This document shows positions 57,330 through 61,384 of a stretch of 61,384 nucleotides of DNA, one piece after another (position 1 is the stretch's first letter; every line of letters begins with the position of its first letter). The stretch is taken from IMG/VR virus record IMGVR_UViG_3300037961_004286, positions 1 through 61,384 of that record. The stretch is one strand, 5' to 3'. Source of the DNA: a virus (lineage: Duplodnaviria; Caudoviricetes). The notes under the pieces were generated by a model. That model did not search any database, was not told the origin of the DNA, and saw nothing but the letters and a program-made list of their open reading frames with translations. Made by a program: the position numbers and the translations under genes.

Positions 57330-59846
57330 ATGCCGATTACTAAAAATAGACGTTTATCTAAAATTTTAGACTTAGAAGGTAAAGTTAAATCTAACCTTTT
57401 AGATTCGGATACTATTGTTACTTCAGGACAAAAAGGTGTAGAAGTTAGTTCAGGAGTAAACTTTATAGTTTCTTCGGTAGACACACTTCCAGTTTCTACT
57501 AATACAGGTCATACAGCTTTAGATTCTTCTACTAATAGATTATATATTTTTAATGGTAGTGGATGGTATCACATTGCCACTATTAATAATTTTAGTCCAC
57601 AATGGATCACACAACCTAATGGTACGTATACTCTTGCTATTGACGGTTCAACAACAACTATTACAGTATTAGCTTCTGATAGTGATGATGTTCCATTAAC
57701 TTATTCTACTGTAACTGATAGTAATTTTAATGCTTTTGCTACTATAGCTAAATCTGTTGACAGTGATAAACATAACGTTTACATAGTTACTCCGACAGAT
57801 AGTGAAAATGGGAATATGGTGGGTGGCACCGGAACTGTTACTTTCAAAGCAAGTGACGGAATAAACTTAGTTCAAGCTGTTTCAACTTTTACTTTATCTT
57901 TTACTGTTAGTAATTCTAATTATTCAGTAGCTCTTATTAAAGCAGACAGTGCTCAATCAGATGCACAAACTGATACAACTTCTAATCATACAATAACGGA
58001 AGTTGGTGATGTACAATCAACTGCATTTACTCCTTATCATCCTGGTGGTTATAGTGTATATTTTGGTGGTGACGATTGGCTTTCAGGTGCTGATAGTGTT
58101 GAATTATCCAACGATGACTTTACAGCTGAAATATGGTTATATAAAACTGCAACTGGTATAGCAAATATATTAAGTAAGAGAGGTAATACTTGGGCATCTG
58201 GAGATTGGTCAATATTCGTTGAATTAAACGCAACGAAAATTGAATTTTGGAATTATGATTTTAGCTCAAGCACTTACTTATTACAAGGAGGAGCTGTTTC
58301 CCTTAATACTTGGACTCACATAGCAGTTACAAGGTCAGGAGATACTTGGACTTTATGGCAAGATGGTAGTTCAGTACATTCAGTGACAAGTTCTCATACT
58401 GTAGGTAATCATTCTAATCCTGTAGTTCTTGGACGTGACGAGTATACTGGAGGAAGATACTATTTAACAGGATATCTTAGAGATGCAAGAATAATAGTAG
58501 GCACTGCATTATACACATCTACATTTACAGTACCAACTCAACCTTTAACCGCAGTAACTAATACTAAATTTTTATCATGTAATAAGCCATACATTGTAGA
58601 TGATTCAATTAATGATTCTGCTATTACTAACAACGGTGCAGTTAATGAAAGATTTGGCCCTTATGAATACTTAGGCTATGGACGTTCAAATCATGGAGGA
58701 TCAGTAAACTTTGATGGTACTGGTGATTATGTAACTTTTCCAACCAGTACTAATCTTAATTTGGGTAGTGGTGATTTTACTATAGAACTTTGGGTTTATA
58801 TGACAGCATATGAGAGTACTGGTTTTAATACTTTTATAATGCCAAGTGCTAGCGCAAGCCCAGATTGGCAGTTAGATTATAAAAACGGTACTACTCAATT
58901 AAGATGGTTACCATATCATAGTGGTACACCGGACACTTCAACTTTAAATGTTACTCAAACTTTGTATACAAATCAGTGGTATCATATAGCAGTAATTAGA
59001 TCTGGTAACTTTTTATCAATGTATTTGAATGGTAGACATTTAAAAACAGCATCATATAATAATACAGTTGATCATGATACTAACACTACTTTTTATGTAG
59101 GTGCTAGAGAACAAGGTTCTACATTTGATAGACGGTTTACTGGTTATATGTCTGACCTAAGAATAGTAAAAGGTACGGCAATATATGATTCAGATATTAC
59201 TGTTCCAACGTCTCCACTAACTAATGTTTCTGGCACGGGTGTTCTTACTTTTAACAATAAAAACAGTATATGGGATGCTGCTAGAGGTAGAGTATTACCA
59301 AAAGCGGGAAATACTACTGCAAGTAATACTCAAAGAAAATTTACTAGTTCCTCTTCTGTTTATTTTGACGGTAATGGTGATTCTTTGTCTGTACCCGATG
59401 CAGATTTATTAGATTTTGGTACAGGTGATTGGACTGTTGAGCATTGGTTATATAAATCTGGATCATTTAAAAACTATGATAGTGTTTGGAGTAAATATGT
59501 TAACCCAGGCGGTTATTGGTTTCATATTAACAATGCTGGTGCTCTTATGTTTGGATTGGGTAATATTACTTATGCAACAAGCACTCAACAAATTTCACTT
59601 AATACTTGGCATCATATAGCTACAGTAAAAAATAGTAATACAATAAAAGTTTATATAGATGGAACAGCTACAAGTATATCTGTATCAGAAAGTACAAGTA
59701 ATAATCAAAATACTCCTTTCTTGATAGGTGCACTTAATGGATGGACTAGACCTTTTGAAGGTTATTTACAAGATTTTAGAGTCACTGCAGGTTTAGCTAG
59801 ATACACTTCTAACTTCACAGCACCTACATCTACGTTCACCGGATAA
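57330..59846 (+). CDS. Tail fibre/adhesin paralogue 2 with three LamG/concanavalin-like domains
   Basis: Three S..F.G..D/DFT.E.W/W.HIA/G...D.R repeats after the shared N-module. Confidence 0.85.
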   Translation: MPITKNRRLSKILDLEGKVKSNLLDSDTIVTSGQKGVEVSSGVNFIVSSVDTLPVSTNTGHTALDSSTNRLYIFNGSGWYHIATINNFSPQWITQPNGTYTLAIDGSTTTITVLASDSDDVPLTYSTVTDSNFNAFATIAKSVDSDKHNVYIVTPTDSENGNMVGGTGTVTFKASDGINLVQAVSTFTLSFTVSNSNYSVALIKADSAQSDAQTDTTSNHTITEVGDVQSTAFTPYHPGGYSVYFGGDDWLSGADSVELSNDDFTAEIWLYKTATGIANILSKRGNTWASGDWSIFVELNATKIEFWNYDFSSSTYLLQGGAVSLNTWTHIAVTRSGDTWTLWQDGSSVHSVTSSHTVGNHSNPVVLGRDEYTGGRYYLTGYLRDARIIVGTALYTSTFTVPTQPLTAVTNTKFLSCNKPYIVDDSINDSAITNNGAVNERFGPYEYLGYGRSNHGGSVNFDGTGDYVTFPTSTNLNLGSGDFTIELWVYMTAYESTGFNTFIMPSASASPDWQLDYKNGTTQLRWLPYHSGTPDTSTLNVTQTLYTNQWYHIAVIRSGNFLSMYLNGRHLKTASYNNTVDHDTNTTFYVGAREQGSTFDRRFTGYMSDLRIVKGTAIYDSDITVPTSPLTNVSGTGVLTFNNKNSIWDAARGRVLPKAGNTTASNTQRKFTSSSSVYFDGNGDSLSVPDADLLDFGTGDWTVEHWLYKSGSFKNYDSVWSKYVNPGGYWFHINNAGALMFGLGNITYATSTQQISLNTWHHIATVKNSNTIKVYIDGTATSISVSESTSNNQNTPFLIGALNGWTRPFEGYLQDFRVTAGLARYTSNFTAPTSTFTG

Positions 59847-59853
59847 ATATTAC

Positions 59854-61353
59854 ATGCCGATTACAAAAAGTAGACAAATTAGTAAACTTATAGATCTAAA
59901 CGGTAAATTAAAAGATGAATTTACCGATTCTGATTTTGTAATAGTTTCTGGAAGATTGGGTATAGTAGCACCTTCAGGTATGAAAGTTGTTTCTTCAGCT
60001 GACACTCTACCAGTTACAGCTACTAACGGAGATCAAGCTTTTGTAACTTCTACAAACAGATTATATGCATATAGTGGTGCTGGTTGGTATAATATAGGTT
60101 TAATAAACTCTAGTCCTTATTGGATTACTGAACCTGATTCTGATTATACTTTAGAACTAATTTCTATAGATTCTGATGTTAAAATAATAGTTTTAGCAGG
60201 CGACAGTGATAATACTCCATTAACATATATAGCAACAGTTGACTCTGACTTTAATGTAGCAGCTACGATAACTCATGACTCTGATAAAGATAATGTTTGG
60301 GTTATAAGACGAAGAGACAGCGAGTCTGGTGCTGGAACAACAGGTGATGTTACTTTTAAAGCATCTGATGGTGTAAATTTAGTTACTTTTGTAAGTACAT
60401 TTACTATTTCTTCAAATGCAGCTGCTTACTCTACTATGGGATCTAATTATGGTTATGTATCAGGTGGATTTGGTCCATCTGGACCAGGCCAGCCTAATGT
60501 GTATATAGACACTATTCAAAAATATTCTTTCACTTCAGATGCTAATGCTACAGATGTAGGTAATCTGACAGGAAACAGAGGTCAAGTGAGTACGGGTCAA
60601 TCAGGTACACATGCAATTATTGCAGCAGGAAGAACTGCACCTAGTGCATCATATACAAATCAAATACAATCTTATCCTTTTGCTTCTGATGGAAATGCTA
60701 CTGACACTGGTCATGACGCATCAGCAGCTTGGTCAAACGGTTCGTCACAAGGTCATCCAGTAGGAAACGGAACTAAAACATACTTTATGTATCAAACTCA
60801 AAGTTACTCGTATAATTTTGCATCTAACACAGCTGCAGCTGCAACAATTAGTCCTACAGCAGATACTAATCAATGGGGTGGACATTCAAGCTCAGACACA
60901 AATGGCTATGTAGCGGGTTGGAGATATTATGGCGGTGCTTGGGTAGCAAGTAATACTATTTTAAGATTTCCTTTTTCAGCTGATTCAACAACAGTTGATG
61001 TTGGCAATTTAAATGCAGCTAAATACAATTCTTCTGGTGCTAATAGTAGTACACATGGATACGCTGCTGGTGGAACTTTTGGTACTCCTCAACCGTATTC
61101 AACAGGTGGACATCAGAATACAATTTATAAATGGTCGTTTGCTTCAGATGGAAACTCATCTGATATTGGAAATTTACAAGAATATAATCCAGGAGGAGCT
61201 GGAGGTAGTAGCACTTCTCATGGTTACGTAGCTGGTGGTGGTCCTGGCACGCGGAATACAATTGAAAAGTGGCCTTTTGCATCAAATGCAAACACAACAG
61301 ATATTGCTGATCTTTTCCATGCTTCTTGGGATGCTGGTGGCCATAACAATTAA
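59854..61353 (+). CDS. Tail fibre/adhesin paralogue 3 with kelch-like propeller repeats
   Basis: Repeats S.T.GY.AGG...I.K..FASD.N.TD.GNL; N-module near-identical to paralogue 1. Confidence 0.8.
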   Translation: MPITKSRQISKLIDLNGKLKDEFTDSDFVIVSGRLGIVAPSGMKVVSSADTLPVTATNGDQAFVTSTNRLYAYSGAGWYNIGLINSSPYWITEPDSDYTLELISIDSDVKIIVLAGDSDNTPLTYIATVDSDFNVAATITHDSDKDNVWVIRRRDSESGAGTTGDVTFKASDGVNLVTFVSTFTISSNAAAYSTMGSNYGYVSGGFGPSGPGQPNVYIDTIQKYSFTSDANATDVGNLTGNRGQVSTGQSGTHAIIAAGRTAPSASYTNQIQSYPFASDGNATDTGHDASAAWSNGSSQGHPVGNGTKTYFMYQTQSYSYNFASNTAAAATISPTADTNQWGGHSSSDTNGYVAGWRYYGGAWVASNTILRFPFSADSTTVDVGNLNAAKYNSSGANSSTHGYAAGGTFGTPQPYSTGGHQNTIYKWSFASDGNSSDIGNLQEYNPGGAGGSSTSHGYVAGGGPGTRNTIEKWPFASNANTTDIADLFHASWDAGGHNN

Positions 61354-61384
61354 ATAATTTAAAGGAAATATTATGGAAAAAAGC

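Noticed and set aside
53640-60420. Diversity-generating retroelement template/variable repeat between adhesin paralogues
   Set aside because: Differences are mostly synonymous and not adenine-specific, lie in N-terminal modules, and no reverse transcriptase is in the window
140-61297. Many short alternative-frame and minus-strand ORFs in the track (e.g. 140, 2199, 13956, 22035, 29757, 36128, 51720, 61040)
   Set aside because: Shadow ORFs nested in well-supported genes, without RBS or motifs
1-61384. CRISPR array, tRNA genes, rRNA, IS elements, alternative genetic code
   Set aside because: No regularly spaced repeats, cloverleafs or transposases seen by eye; genes are intact under the standard code with all three stop codons used

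Overview
AT-rich, densely coded, almost entirely plus-strand segment of a large T4-like (myovirus-type) phage genome. The permuted tmRNA and an MsmA-like dioxygenase suggest a marine alphaproteobacterial host (inference). It carries the T4-type replisome (gp45, gp44, gp62, RegA, gp43, gp61, UvsX, gp41, RNase H) and nucleotide metabolism genes (ThyX, GuaC, NrdA-glutaredoxin fusion, NrdB). Auxiliary genes include a Rieske dioxygenase alpha subunit, ClpP, Hsp20, SOD, a Na/Pi transporter, KdsB and several 2OG-Fe(II) oxygenases. There is a full 7-deazaguanine DNA-modification cluster (QueD/E/F/C, FolE, YhhQ, DpdA-like, PurN-like formyltransferase, GATase), a phage sigma factor, early-gene cassettes behind repeated sigma70 promoters, and three modular tail-adhesin paralogues. 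The most notable observations: (1) a two-piece permuted tmRNA whose intervening sequence is a complete 62-aa protein gene closed by a stem that hides its own RBS, with an unusually long, basic tag peptide; (2) a possible virion O-glycosylation system (KdsB, a Maf-like transferase, and D-S-D/E-rich structural proteins); (3) a recurring AAAA(A)-N15/16-TATAAT promoter class and systematic leaderless late mRNAs; (4) a free-standing primase zinc-binding domain; (5) a probably capsid-packaged PD-(D/E)XK nuclease. All family assignments come from motif recognition by eye, not database searches.
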